Assembly: GCA_032718475.1 (NCBI GenBank)
Contig: JAUCBJ010007768.1
Coordinates: 29,104 to 93,103 of the forward strand
DNA from: Nemertoderma westbladi
Taxonomy: Eukaryota; Animalia; Xenacoelomorpha
Direction: 5' to 3'
Length of the DNA: 64,000 nt
Shown here: positions 23,439 through 36,112 of the stretch, in pieces
Position numbering within the stretch: the first letter of the stretch is position 1
How the letters are laid out: every line of letters begins with the position of its first letter
Notes under the pieces: model-generated
Seen by the model: the letters and a program-made list of their open reading frames with translations, nothing else
Databases searched by the model: none
What the model was told of the DNA's origin: nothing
Made by a program: the position numbers and the translations under genes

Positions 23439-24713
23439 AGGTCATACCAGATCACACTAGGTAGACGTTCCCATGGAAGACCGGCTTTGACATAAGACAC
23501 GAAATTTCCACTGTCCGAGCTCTCTCGACCTAGTAGTAGTAGTATATTAGCACAGATAAAGTAATGTATACTGTTTTTGTAGCTTTGGTGTAAGTCTGCA
23601 GCTGTATGACCTGGATATCTGCTGCTTCTACGTTATTGTCTTCAGTCCATGGGCATCAACTTGTCCCATCCAGTTATATGATTATTGGAGTTGGGACTTT
23701 TTGTCCAACAAGTCAATCTAACGCGCGTGTCAACTATTTCCCAGATACACATTAAATGGGGATCGATCTGTGGGACTTATGATACCCAGCTACGAATGCA
23801 CGCACCTGGCTGGCGTAGGGGGAACAGAGAAAAGCCGCGTGATAAACGCGGTGAAAAAACTAACAGTCCCGCTGTAAAGAGTATGGCTCCAACTGGAATC
23901 AGATCGATGCCAGTACATACCAGTCACCCGCGGGGGTCAGAAATTTATTTCTAATATAAACTTTACGTTTCTGTTGTAAGTTACGATAACCTAAACTCAA
24001 CCCCCACTGCTGCGGCTTGTGATTTCCTTGGAAATGCAATCCAAGACCTGACCGCATTAACATCACTCGGATAAAGTTTCATTGCATCGTTCTTGAAATT
24101 TCGATTCCTCAAACTTTACTTCAAAAGCAAAAGAAGTCGAAGAGCGAACCGTAAAATGTAATGTCTGTAAAGTAAACTGTCTTTCTTTACATTAACTACC
24201 GGTGGTACTATAGTATTTATCTTATTGAACTACACATAGTTTGGTATAACTAAAACGGGATGGGGTTGTATCTGCCCAGGTTTTTTAATATTTATTTGTT
24301 TGTACTTCCCATCTGTTTCACACATACGTAGTTCCGCCTTTAGAGATAGGACATGCACTTAAAAAAGAAATGTATTAGATAGGAGAGCAAGTGTAAGGGC
24401 CAAGTGGTTGAATGCGCTACTGATGAGGCCTGTTTAGCACTGGTTCAACATCCATCCTCTGAAGATGAAGACGTACTTCCCCATTTTTTCCATTTCTGAG
24501 CATAACCATAAATATTACAAATAATAATATCCAACCGCTTAAGATTATGCAAATGGGTTTTTAGATTACGATGCATTAAATAGGGTGGTGGGTGCTTATA
24601 TTGAATTTCAGCTGTCGCATACTACTAAGACCACACGCCAGTGCTGGTACCTAGAGTGTCTGAAAACTGACCTACAGGGGTAGCCTATGTATATAATATT
24701 ACAACAATCTCAC

Positions 24714-24790
24714 CTGCATCATAAACTATTGCTGCTTCGACAAGAAATATACATAACACAAGACCACCAAACACATTTATAAGGCTAAAC
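24714..24790 (-). CDS. Exon 2 of F-type lectin gene, signal peptide
   Basis: 77 bp, TTTCTTTTAAG acceptor, GTGAGA donor, phase 2-1; FSLINVFGGLVLCIFLVEAAIVYDA is hydrophobic; joins in frame to exon 3. Confidence 0.7.
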
Positions 24791-25188
24791 CTTAAAAGAA
24801 ATAAGATATTTGTTATTAAAAATTCTGACATTCTAATTACAAGTGATGTTGATGATTTCTAAAAAAATAAAAATGGGGAAAAACCACTAAGTTGGAGAGG
24901 CCTTTCTTTATTAGGGTCTTTAAGTGCGACAGGGGGGAAAACTGGACGCAAAACCCGCCTTGGCGAATTAATATCCCGCCTCAATGTTAAATTCTCAATT
25001 TAGGGAAACCTCATCAATTTAGGGATTTCCCCCCCCCCCCCCCCCCCCATCTGCTTTAAGTAGGCATAGGCAGTTGAGTGTCGTTCGGTTAGGCCTACCA
25101 AATGATTGTATATGTATAGTATTGCCGGTCTGTAGCTGTTTCTTTACCTTATATTAAATTAAAACTTCAATATAACAATTATACTTAC

Positions 25189-25202
25189 CCTGCATGTATC
25201 AT
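25189..25202 (-). CDS. First coding exon of F-type lectin gene (MIHAG)
   Basis: ATG ATA CAT GCA GG followed by perfect GTAAGT donor; phase 2 matches exon 2. Confidence 0.65.
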
Positions 25203-25206
25203 AATC

Positions 25207-25238
25207 AACTGTAGTATAAACTATACCAAACGTTTATA
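25207..25238 (-). promoter_or_regulatory. Candidate TATA box + initiator of the lectin gene
   Basis: TATAAA (25238-25233) ~28 nt upstream of CAGTT (25211-25207); AT-rich context makes this weak. Confidence 0.35.
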
Positions 25239-26332
25239 ATTTACCAAATGCCAGGCGCGATTAATAAGCTACAGCGAGATGTGGGAAACAGTTCTACTTT
25301 TTGTTCCCATGTAATAATATATTATATTCACACTATAAAATCAAAAGCATACCTAAATAGTAGGCCTACGCTTTTGTTGTAGAAGATGTGAATTCTTATT
25401 TCTTCAAAGTAATTTTAATTTAGTTAATTTACCTACCAAAAGGGACAAAATAGAAAAATAACACTTAGCAAAAACAACTAATCTGGAATATTTGGAAATA
25501 TTTACGCATGTACGTGTGTTGTGTATAGGGCCGAGGTATACTACAAACAACAGGCCATGCAACGACCAGAACTTATTACTCCATAAATAATGGTTCATAC
25601 AGTATCAATGTCTTCTGGAATTTGTAATTAAGTATTATTTTGTATTTGTACACTAAATTGGCTAAGTAGCTAGCAATTTCTAAAAATAAACTAAATTTTA
25701 GGCGATAGAAAGTCATTTGGTTTAAAGGTAAAATCACAAATAATTACAAGTTAAAAGAGAGGATTTGCCTAACTTATACATTTAGAACATTGGATTGCCT
25801 ATTTACCAAACTAATGCTACTTTGTTACCCTGGCAACATCCTAACCTATTGTTATAACACTCAACATAACTGTATATGGCAGTCCATCCTAATTGCGAAC
25901 TGAGAAACTCTGTTAAATTATTAATAATTAATACTTAACTGCTGGAAATACATAGAATTATATAGCCCACCTGCTTTTAGAAACCACTTACTGAGAATCA
26001 ATACATTATAGTTTATTTATTGTGAAATGCCCTGCGTAGAGGGAATGACAATGTGCATCTATGTGGCATTAAATTGTGCCACATAGATGTACAATACAGT
26101 GGCTCTAATCCGTAATGTATTGATAATTATAGTCACAGACATATTATTTCATTTCGTAGAAAATGGTTCGTTTTCCCGCAATAAGAAGTTTATCAAGTCT
26201 ATCATCATAAATAATACGAATATCTTCTTGCGCTCACGCAAATGAGTGGTGTCCACCACGTCTTTCAGGTAATGGCCAAAAGATAAGAGACGGTAGCTAG
26301 AAGATCTAGGTTGATCCAGGAAATTGAAGTTG

Positions 26333-29300
26333 CCTTCGGTAGAGTCTCTTTGGGTTTCCTCCGGTAGAGTGGAGCCTTCGGGTTGTCTCTGGTAGAGAGG
26401 AGCCTTTAGGTTGCCTCCGGTAGAGAGGAGCCTTCGGGTTGCCTCCGGTAGAGAGGAGCCTTCGGGTTGCCTCCTGTAGAGAGGAACCTTTGGGTTCCCT
26501 CCGGTAGAGAGGAGCCCTTGGGTTGCCTCCGGTAGAGTGGAGCTTTCGGGTTGCCTCCAGTAGAGAGGAACCTTCAGGTTGCCTCCAGTAGAGAGGAACT
26601 TTTGGGTTGCCTCCGGTGGAGAGGAGCCTTCGGGTTGTCTCAGGTAGAGAGGAGCCTTTAGGTTGCCTCCGGTAGAGAGGAGCCTTCGGGTTGCCTCCTG
26701 TAGAGAGGAACCTTTGGGTTCCCTCGGGTAGAGAGGAGCCCTTGGGTTGCCTCCGGCAGAGTGGAGCTTTCGGGTTGCCTCCAGTAGAGAGGAACCTTCA
26801 GGTTGCCTCCAGTAGAGAGGAACCTTTGGGTTGCCTCTGGTAGAGAGGAGCCTTCGGGTTGTCTCCGGTAGAGAGGAACCTTCGGGTTGCCTCCGGTAGA
26901 GATTAACCTTTGGGTTGCCTCCGGTAGAGAGGAGCCTTCGGGTTGCCTCCTGTAGAGAGGAACCTTTGGGTTCCCTCTGGTAGAGAGGAGCCCTTGGGTT
27001 GCCTCCGGTAGAGTGGAGCTTTCGGGTTGCCTCCAGTAGAGAGGAACCTTCAGGTTGCCTCCAGTAGAGAGGAACTTTTGGGTTGCCTCCGGTAGAGAGG
27101 AGCCTTCGGGTTGCCTCCAGTAGAGAGGAACCTTCGGGTTGCCTTCAGTAGAGAGGAGCCTTCGGGTTGCCTCCAGTAAAGAGGAGCCTTCGAGTTGCCT
27201 CCAGTAGAGAGGATCCTTCGGGTTACCTCCAGTAGGGAGGAGCCTTCGGGTTGCCTCCAGTAGAGAGGAGCCTTCGGTTTGCCTCCAGTAGAGTGGAACC
27301 TTCGGGTTGCCTCCAGTAGAGAGGAACCTTCGGGTTGCCTTCAGTGGAGAGGAGCCTTCGGGTTGCCTCCAGTAAAGAGGAGCCTTCGAGTTGCCTCCAG
27401 TAGAGAGGAACCTTTGGGTCCCTCCGGTAGAGCGGAGCCCTTGGGTTGCCTCAGGTAGAGAGGAACTTTCGGGTTGCCTCCAGTAGAGAGGAACCTTCAG
27501 GTTGCCTCCAGTAGAGAGGAACCTTTGGGTTGCCTCCAGTAGAGAGGAGCCTTCGGGTTGCCTCCGCTAGAGAGGAACCTTCGGGTTGCCTCTGGTATAG
27601 AGAGGAGCCTTCGGGTTGCCTCCGGTAGAGAGGAGCCTTCGGGTTGCCTCCAGTAGAGAGGAACCTTTGGGTTCCCTCCGGTAGAGAGGAGCCCTTGGAT
27701 TGCCTCCGGCAGAGAGGAGCTTTCGGGTTGCCTCCAGTAGAGAGGAACCTTCAGGTTGCCTCCAGTAGAGAGGAACCTATTGGTTGCCTCCGGTAGAGAG
27801 GAGCCTTCGGGTTGCCTCCGGTAGAGAGAAGCCTTCGGGTTGCCTCCGGTAGACAGGAGCCTTCGGGTTGCCTCCGGTAGAGAGGAGCTTTCGGGTTACC
27901 TCCAGTAGAGAGGAGCCTTCGGGTTGCCTCCAGTAGAGAGAAGCCTTCGGGTTGCCTCCGGTAGACAGGAGCCTTCGGGTTGCCTCCAGTGGAGAAGAGC
28001 TTTCGGGTTACCTCCAGTAGAGAGGAGCCTTCGGGTTGGCTCTGGTAGAGAGGAGCCTTTTGGTTGCCTCCAGTAGAGTGGAACCTTCGGGTTGCCTCCA
28101 GTAGAGAGGAACCTTCGGGTTGCCTTCAGTTGAGAGGAGCCTTCGGGTTGCCTCCAGTAAAGAGGAGCCTTCGAGTTGCCTCCAGTAGAGAGGAACCTTT
28201 GGGTTCCCTCCGGTAGAGCGGAGCCCTTGGGTTGCCTCCGGTAGAGAGGAGCTTTCGGGTTGCCTCCAGTAGAGAGGAACCTTCAGGTTGCCTCCAGTAG
28301 AGAGGAACCTTTGGGTTGCCTCCGCTAGAGAGGAACCTTCGGGTTGCCTCTGGTATAGAGAGGAGCCTTCGGGTTGCCTCTGGTAGAGAGGATCCTTCGG
28401 GTTGCCTCCGGTAGAGAGGAACCTTTGGGTTCCCTCCGGTAGATAGGAGCCCTTGGGTTGCCTCCGGCAGAGAGGAGCTTTCGGGTTGCCTCCAGTAGAG
28501 AGGAACCTTCAGGTTGCCTCCAGTAGAGAGGAACCTTTGGGTTGCCTCTGGTAAAGAGGGCCTTCGGGTTGCCTCCGGTAGAGAGAAGCCTTCGGGTTGC
28601 CTCCGGTAGACAGGAGCCTTCGGGTTGCCTCCGGTAGAGAAGAGCTTTCGGGTTACCTCCAGTAGAGAGGAGCCTTCGGGTTGCCTCTGGTAGAGAGGAG
28701 CCTTCGGGTTGCCTCCGGTAGAGAGGAGCTTTTGGGTTACCTCCAGTAGAGAGGAGCCTTCGGGTTGCCTCCGGTAGAGAGGAACTTTTGGGTTGCCTCC
28801 GGTAGAGAGGAGCCCTCGGGTAGCCTCCAGTAGAGAGGAACCTTCGAGTTGCCTTCAGTAGAGAGGAGCCTTCGGGTTGCCTCCAGTAAAGAGGAGCCTT
28901 CGAGTTGCCTCCATTAGAGAGGATCCTTCGGGTTACCTCCAGTAGAGAGGAGCCTTCGGGTTGCCTCCTTTAGAGAGGAGCCTTCGGGTTGCCTCCAGTA
29001 GAGAGGAGCCATAGGGTTGCCTCCGGTAGACAGGAGCCTTCGGGTTGGCTCTGGTAGAGAGGAGCCTTTGGGTTGCCTCCAGTAGAGTGGAACCTTCGGG
29101 TTGCCTCCAGTAGAGAGGAACCTTCGGGTTGCCTTCAGTGGAGAGGAGCCTTCGGGTTGCCTCCAGTAAAGAGGAGCCTTCGAGTTGCCTCCAGTATAGA
29201 GGAACCTTTGGGTTCCCTCCGGTAGAGTGGAGCCCTTGGGTTGCCTCCGGTAGAGAGGAGCTTTCGGGTTGCCTCCAGTAGAGAGGAACCTTCAGGTTGC

Positions 29301-30720
29301 CTCCAGTAGAGAGGAACCTTTGGGTTGCCTCCGGTAGAGAGGAGCCTTCGGGTTGCCTCCGGTAGAGAGGAACCTTTGGGTTGCCTCTGGTATAGAGAGG
29401 AGCCTTCGGGTTGCCTCTTGTAGAGAGGAGCCTTCGGGTTGCCTCAGGGTAGAGAGGAACCTTTGGGTTCCCTCCGGTAGAGAGGAGCCCTTGGGTTGCC
29501 TCCGGCAGAGAGGAGCTTTCGGGTTGCCTCCAGTAGAGAGGAACCCTCAGGTTGCCTCCGGTAGAGAGGAGCCTTCGGGTTGCCTCTGGTAGAGAGAAGC
29601 CTTCGGGTTGCTTCCGGTAGACAGGAGCCTTAGGGTTGCCTCTGGTAGAGAGGAGCTTTCGGGTTACCTCCAGTAGAGAGGAGCCTTCGGGTTGCCTCTG
29701 GTAGAGAGGAGGCTTCGGGTTGCCTCCGGTAGAGAGGAGCTTTTGGGTTACCTCCAGTAGAGACGAGCCTTCGGATTGCCTCCAATAGAGAGGAGCCTTC
29801 AGGTTGCCTCTGGTATAGAGGAGCTTTCAGGTTGCTTCCAGTAGAGAGGAGCCTTCGCGTTGCCTCTGGTAGAGAGGAGCCTTCGGGTTGCCTCCGTTAG
29901 AGTGGAGCCTTCGGGTTGCCACCGGTAGAGAGGAGCTTCCGGTTTGCCTCCGGTAGAGAGGAGCCTTCGGGTTGCCTCTGGTAGAGAGGATCCTTTGGGT
30001 TGCCTCTGGTAGAGAGGATCCTTCGGGTTGCCTCCAGTAGAGAGGAGCCTTCGGGTTGCCTCCGGTAGAGAGGAACCTTCGGGTTACCTCCAGTAGAGAG
30101 TAGCCCTCGGGTTGCCTCCAGTAGAGGGGAACCTTCGTGTTGCCTCCAGTAGAGAGGAGCCTTCAGGTTGCCTCCAGTAGAGAGGAGCCCTCGGGTTGCC
30201 TCCAGTAGAGAGGAACCTTCGGCTTGCCTCCAGTAGAGAGGAGCCTTCGGGTTGCCTCCAGTAGAGAGGAGCCTTCGGGTTGCCTCCAGTAGAGAGTAAC
30301 CTTCGGGTTGCCTCCAATAGAGAGGAACCTTCGGGTTGCCTCCAGTAAAAAAGAGCCTTCGGGTTGCCTCCAGTGGAGAGGAACCTTCGGGTTGCCTCCA
30401 GTAGAGAGGAGCCTTCGGGTTGCCTCCGGTAGAGAGGAGCCCTCGGGTTGCCTCTGGTAGAGAGGAGCCTTCGGGTTGCCTCCGGTAGAGAGGAGCCTTC
30501 GGGTTGCCTCCAGTAGAGAGGAACCTTCGGGTTGCCTCCAGTAGAGAGGAGCCTTCGGGTTGCCTCCAGTAGAGAGGAACCCTCGGGTTGCCTCCGGCAG
30601 AGAGGAGCATTCGGGTCGCCTCCAGTAGATAGGAACCTTTGGGTTGCCTCCGGTAGAGAGGAGCCTTCGGGTTGTCTCCGGTAGAGAGGAACCTTTGGGT
30701 TGTCCCCAGTAGAGAGGAAG
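26333..30720. repeat. 28-bp quasi-palindromic minisatellite (GAGAGGAGCCTTCGGGTTGCCTCCAGTA)n, ~155 copies
   Basis: Directly visible diverged array with multi-unit duplications; ~2 further copies at ~34652-34717. Confidence 0.97.
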
Positions 30721-33700
30721 ATTCACTATCACTTATTAGTGTTAACTTATTAGTGTTAACAGTATCTTCCCTTTGTGGTTGATCATAAATTGGATTTAAG
30801 AATTCCCCTCCTGTACCACCCACTATTACCCCAGACCTTGAGTTTGATGTCATTGTATTATCACTGGTTTGTCCCCCTTGATTTACTTGCCATGCTTTCA
30901 TCTGCATATAGTCATTCATTGTTGGATTTCTCCCAGTCATATGGAATTGCTGAGCCTGCCATGCAATGAATGCTTCATAATATTCAGGAGACATATGGGC
31001 CATTCCCGTGCCAAAACTGAAACCTCCACCACCACTTCCCATAGCTATACCTGAATCAGACCCTGACCCTCCACGACCACGTACTACATATGATACCTTG
31101 CGGTTTCTATCAGCAGCCATAACTGGTTTTTTCTTGCCTTTTAAAGCTGCAGATAGCTCATCAGAAGTCATTGCATTTTTCTGTGCATAATTTATTTTAA
31201 CTTCCGCTTCCTTTTCATTTTGTTTTTTTGCTGCTTCTTGCCTTTCCTTTTCCTCTTGATTTCTCTTATGTTCATCCTTTTTTCTTTTGATTTCATTTTG
31301 ATGTTCAATTTCTTCCTGATGTCTTTTTTCTTCTAAACGTTTGCGTTCCTCTTCTTGTTTCTTCTTTCTTTCATCTGCTTCTCTTTTTCTTTTCATTTCC
31401 TCTTCCCTCCTTGCATTTTCTGTTTCTTTTCTTTTTCTTTCCTTTTCATCCTCTTCTTTTTTCCTTCGTTCTTCTGCTGCATTTTTTTGAGCTTTTTCTC
31501 TTTCCTCATCTTGAAGACGTTTTCTTTCTTTCTCTTCATCTTGTTTTTTCTTCCTTCTTTGTGCTTCTTCTTTGGCTTTTAGTTGCCTATCATGTTCTTC
31601 CTTCCTTGACTTTTCTTTGCTTATCTTGTTCTTCTCTTTCCTTTCTCTGATTATCTTGTTCTTCCTTGACACTTCTATGTCTCTCATCTTCTTCTTCTGT
31701 GCTTCTTCTTTGGCTTTTAATTGTTTTTGTTGTTCTTCCTTAGCCCTCATTTGTCTATCTTGTTCTTCTCTCTCCTTTCTTTGTCTATCTTGTTCTTCTC
31801 TCTCCTTTCTTTGTCTATCTTGTTCTACTCTCTCCTTTCTTTGTCTCTCTTCTCTTTCTCTTTTTTCTCTATCCTTTCTTTGTCTATCTTGTTCTACTCT
31901 CTCCTTTCTCTTTCTATCTTGTTCTTCTCTCTCCTTTCTTTGTCTATCTTGTTCTACTCTCTCCTTTCTCTTTCTATCTTGTTCTTCTCTCTCCTTTATT
32001 TGTCTATCTTGTTCTACTCTCTCCTTTATCTTTCTATCTTGTTCTTCTCTCTCCTTTCTTTGCCTATCTTGTTCTTCTCTCTCCCTTTGTTGCCTTTCTT
32101 GTTCTTCTCTCTCTCTTCTTTGTCTGCCACGTTCTTATGCCTCTCTATCTTGCCTGTCTCGTTCTTCTCTAATTTTCCTTTGGTTTTCAAGTTCATCTCC
32201 TAGTTTTTTACCTTCTAGTTCTTTCTGTAGTTTAATTTGTTTATCGTTCAATCTATTTACTTCAGCTTCTGCCTTTGTCTGTGCATATACCGCATTTTCC
32301 TTGTCTTTCCCAATTCTCCAGTTTTCATTTTGTAACTCCTCTAATTGAGTTCGCAACTTTAAGTTTTCATTCGTCATTGCATTATTCATTTCGACAGTAC
32401 GTCTCAAGTTAATTAGATCCTTATTAGCTTCATTATTCTTATGTACTTCATTTCTGTATTTCTCTTCCAGTTCTTGGAACTTCCTTTCGATATCTATTGT
32501 TTTCTGTCTCTGTTTTTGTAACTCACTCTCATTTAGGATGTTTGCATGTATTCTTGTCTCCATATCTTTTAATTTTGAGATCATTTCTCTTTGCCTGTTT
32601 TCATACTCCAATTTTAAATCATACATTTCTTTCTGATGCTGATCTTTCAAATTGTTAATTTCTGATTCCATTTCATATTTTTGATTATCTATTTCTTCTC
32701 TGAGATTTCTGCACTGATTTTCCAACTCTTTATTCTTATTTATCATTGCAGCAATTTCTTCTTCATACTTTCCAAGCGTATTTTCAATATATATCTTGTT
32801 TTTTGCTTCTAATGACCCCGTGGAAGATTGCAATCGTGGATATGGTAGATGCAGAACAAAGTCACGTGTGGTATCTTGTTTTCTGCAGTAATTGTGTGCT
32901 TGTGGTAACTCCAGCAAAGTGAGACTTATTTCATGCAACTTGGAATATTCTTTTGCATACTCTCTAAGTGGACTTGAATCTACAGATCGGGATGGACACG
33001 CCCTTGTTCTCATATCGTATTTATCACCATGTAGCTTGAAACTTACCGATAATTTACCAGACCTAGGTGCCCGTGTCTCACTGCTCAAGCTGCGGTATGG
33101 TCGGTCTAATAGAGAGCTCTCTAGTGTGGCATCTTTATAATTGCTATTAGTGAATTGATCCAACCTTGATAGTCTGGATGTTCGTATCAGACTGTCTTCC
33201 ACCCCTCCGCCGGAATCAGTATCATTGCTTTCACTCCATACTTGTCTGTCAACTGGTGACTGTACATATGGTGCTCTATTGCGAGCTGGTGAGTGAGTAT
33301 GCAGGCAGTATTTGCATTCTTTCAGTGAATGTGGATAGTAATACTGTTGATTCATATTGACTTCCTTTTGTTTTATCGGGAGGTTGTAGTTAGGTAACGG
33401 TACTGTGCTATTGGCCGTCATCGCATTACCAAGGGTTGCTGTCAGGTAATCTAATTTTTGTTGAAGATCGTCTGGTATGTTATTATTCTGGGTTGTGCCA
33501 TGTACTGATCTCAAAAGTGGCCTCCCTACATTGCTGTACATTTTCTGTAAATACGATTGGTCAGTGTTGGAATGTTCCCAGTATTTCATTGTTCTCTGAG
33601 TGTTGTCTTCCTTATTGGCCGCAGCTGTTAGTAGTTCATCTTCTATATGTTTCTTTATGTTGCATATATATTGCTGGTGTTGTTCGTATTGGTTAAGTAA

Positions 33701-33796
33701 CTGACCCTCGTGTTTATTCTCCAGGTCATCTAGTAAGTGGTTAAGTCGATTCTTTAGATATAGTTTATGTTTCAATGCCATCACATTATAAAACAC
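29897..33796 (-). pseudogene. Intronless coiled-coil / E-K-R-rich protein reading frame with one internal stop, running into the 28-bp repeat
   Basis: ORFs 32135..33796 and 29897..31750 share a frame; TAA at 32135-32137 falls where the local repeat has CAA; no recognisable domain. Confidence 0.6.
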
Positions 33797-34792
33797 TTCA
33801 TATAAATCAGTTTTACAAGTTAAATAAATAATAATAATGTTGAAAATTATTATCGAAAACTTAAAACTCTAACTAAATTGTATGGTTGAAATCCGTTGTC
33901 TATTTCATACTTGATATATTGTTATTTTGTATAATTGATCGTTGTATTGCAATGGAGTAACTATGATACCTTGAGAATGGCTACACAATGTGCAGTTAAA
34001 GCCATTGTCCCATATTCTTATAATTCTAATTTTTGGCACTATGATTAATTGTGATTTCGCTGAGTTACCCATGTTTTTAACACTGCTTTGCTTGTAGCAG
34101 GCTGCAATGTTAATAAACTGTATGTTAAGTATAATGTTACTTGTACCATTAACGCGAATTAATATTTTTACAATAGAGGCATTCCTTTAACAATGTAAAG
34201 ATTATGCCGATTTAATCCAAGAAGTAAGTATAGTACAATACACATGGTATTCATAGTAACTTCAAGATGTGGTTGAAGTTAAGTTTATTATTAATGCTTG
34301 TGCACAATATATACCCAGACAATATTATAATTAAATATTTGAGACAGTTAAACTGAAATGTACAGAAGTTATTTTGAGTCTATTTAAAATTTTGCTGCTT
34401 TGAAGGTGAGACTCCAGTTGGCATGCGTTTTAGATCAACTGAATTAGTTAACGAAAGGCCGCATTTCAAAATCAAATAGAGACGTATTATACTAGTAACC
34501 CCCCACCCCCACTTTAACTGAATAACGTGGCTCGAGGCTCGCTCCTCCACAACCGTACCGAATTTCACGTAGACGAAATGGTTCCACATCACATAATTAG
34601 TATAATAAACAATGTATGATAACCATATTATTTACCATCCTTATTGCATTAGCCTCTGCTGGAGAGGAGCCTTCGGGTTGCCTCTGGTAGAGAGAAGCCT
34701 ATTTGGGTTGCCTCTCGTAGCGCGAATATCGCGATACCACCGTGGTCTATTAACTAATTATTAGCAATTACAAGTAGAACATGTAGCAAACA

Positions 34793-34879
34793 AGTACTGT
34801 AATAATGTGCAGCTATCACTCAGTACTGTAATAATGTGCAGCTATCACTCAGTACTGTAATAATGTGCAGCTATCACTC
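34793..34879. repeat. Left stub (3 units) of the 29-bp satellite, cut off by the LTR element
   Basis: CAGTACTGTAATAATGTGCAGCTATCACT units; array resumes at 46711. Confidence 0.95.
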
Positions 34880-36112
34880 TGTAAAAGCTGCTGTGGGATA
34901 TAACTGGCCCCTTTTTGCTTCGCAATCCAGTTTCCCCCAGGCGCTGGAATACTCTAAAAAGGTTCTCTAACTGTATATATATTCCCCTCGCCCGCAAGGT
35001 ACCGTTACAGGTGTTTTAACGGACATAAAAGTCATTCTGCTATATACGTGTTTTGGCGGACATGGTAAGGCAAAAAACCTGTAATGCACCAACTACCTTT
35101 CACAGCTTAGCCGTGATGATTCATATTATGACATCTAACAGCTGGTTGCTGACATGGAAACAGCCATTGGATGCATGGTTCTTTGTTTGGCTTGAGCCAA
35201 TCAGAGCGATTTTTCCTGTCGACGTGTAGCTTTTCAGCCGATCATAAGGAGAGTGTTCAGTCTTACTGCCTTACTTGATACTTTGTTGTTATTGCTGTCT
35301 AAGCCAGAAACACCGGCTTTTTGGGAAGAACTCTAGTAAACTGCTTAGATTATAGAAAGTATAACTGTTACCGGCGGTGTTACCTCACTTAATTTAACTG
35401 CACTAATCATATTGTTTGTACTGCTATTTACCGTCAGTTATTAATTGTATCTATTTGTTGATGGAAATATTGCTCTTTGGAGAATACGGATAAATCACCC
35501 AAAATTCCCAATTTTCTTGATACACTACAGGTTAGAGAGGCGGGCTATATATAACAATTGCGATTTATATCAATGTGGTGTGTATTGAATCTAATGTTAT
35601 TTAGTAGACACTACCTGAGTCAATTGCTGTTCTCTTTATGTGTGATCAAATATACTGACGATCGGCAGAATAGTGTGCATGATTGTGAGTGTGATGTGAC
35701 TGGTAACAAAGCATTTCCTAAAGAATGCGACTTATACTTTAATCATAAGCCTTATCGTTGCGTTTAGTATAAGTCCTAGCTCTGTTTAAATAGATAGAGC
35801 GCCACGTCCTAAAGGAACTGTTAATATTTCCCGAAAGTTAATAATATCTGTCAGAAATTACATATTAGCGATCAATCGAATAATACAGTAGGCTTACACT
35901 GCAACCTTACACTGCAATAATAAAATCTAAGCATCCGAATTCAGCCTCCCGGGTGTAGATCCATCGGGTGAATGATCGCGCATGGGCTGGCTTCGGCTAA
36001 TGTTTTGTTTATTAGCATAAAATATTGTCGTATGCTAAAGGTGTGTTAATTAACTAAAAGACATATAAATTTTGGCAGGTTAAACTGCTAAAGGTCTTCA
36101 AAAGCGCGAACA
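34880..36112 (+). repeat. 5' LTR
   Basis: TGTAAAAGC...GCGCGAACA; I saw only 3 substitutions versus the 3' LTR; CCAAT ~35197, TATATATAA ~35546, AATAAA ~35919. Confidence 0.95.

Larger units (their letters stand above)
22182..23545 (+). pseudogene. 5'-truncated 3' end of the RTE family found at 14522-18071, split by a MITE
   Basis: AACGAATTGATGGTTGCTACAC... matches the reverse complement of ~14886-14720; ends GTCCGAGCTCTCTCGACC(TAG)n. Confidence 0.85.

Noticed and set aside
22687-23500. Five overlapping 200+ aa ORFs
   Set aside because: Artefacts of a stop-free 33-bp minisatellite inside a MITE
24398-24455. CTGATGAGGCC within a tRNA-like stretch, possible second hammerhead
   Set aside because: No closing stem II or GAAA core follows; at most a decayed SINE
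31355-32348. Hydrophobic Leu/Ser/Phe ORFs on the + strand
   Set aside because: Antisense shadows of the E/K/R-rich frame
35558-35767. Duplicated 69-aa ORF (also 46156-46365)
   Set aside because: TTG-started chance ORF duplicated only because it lies in the LTR
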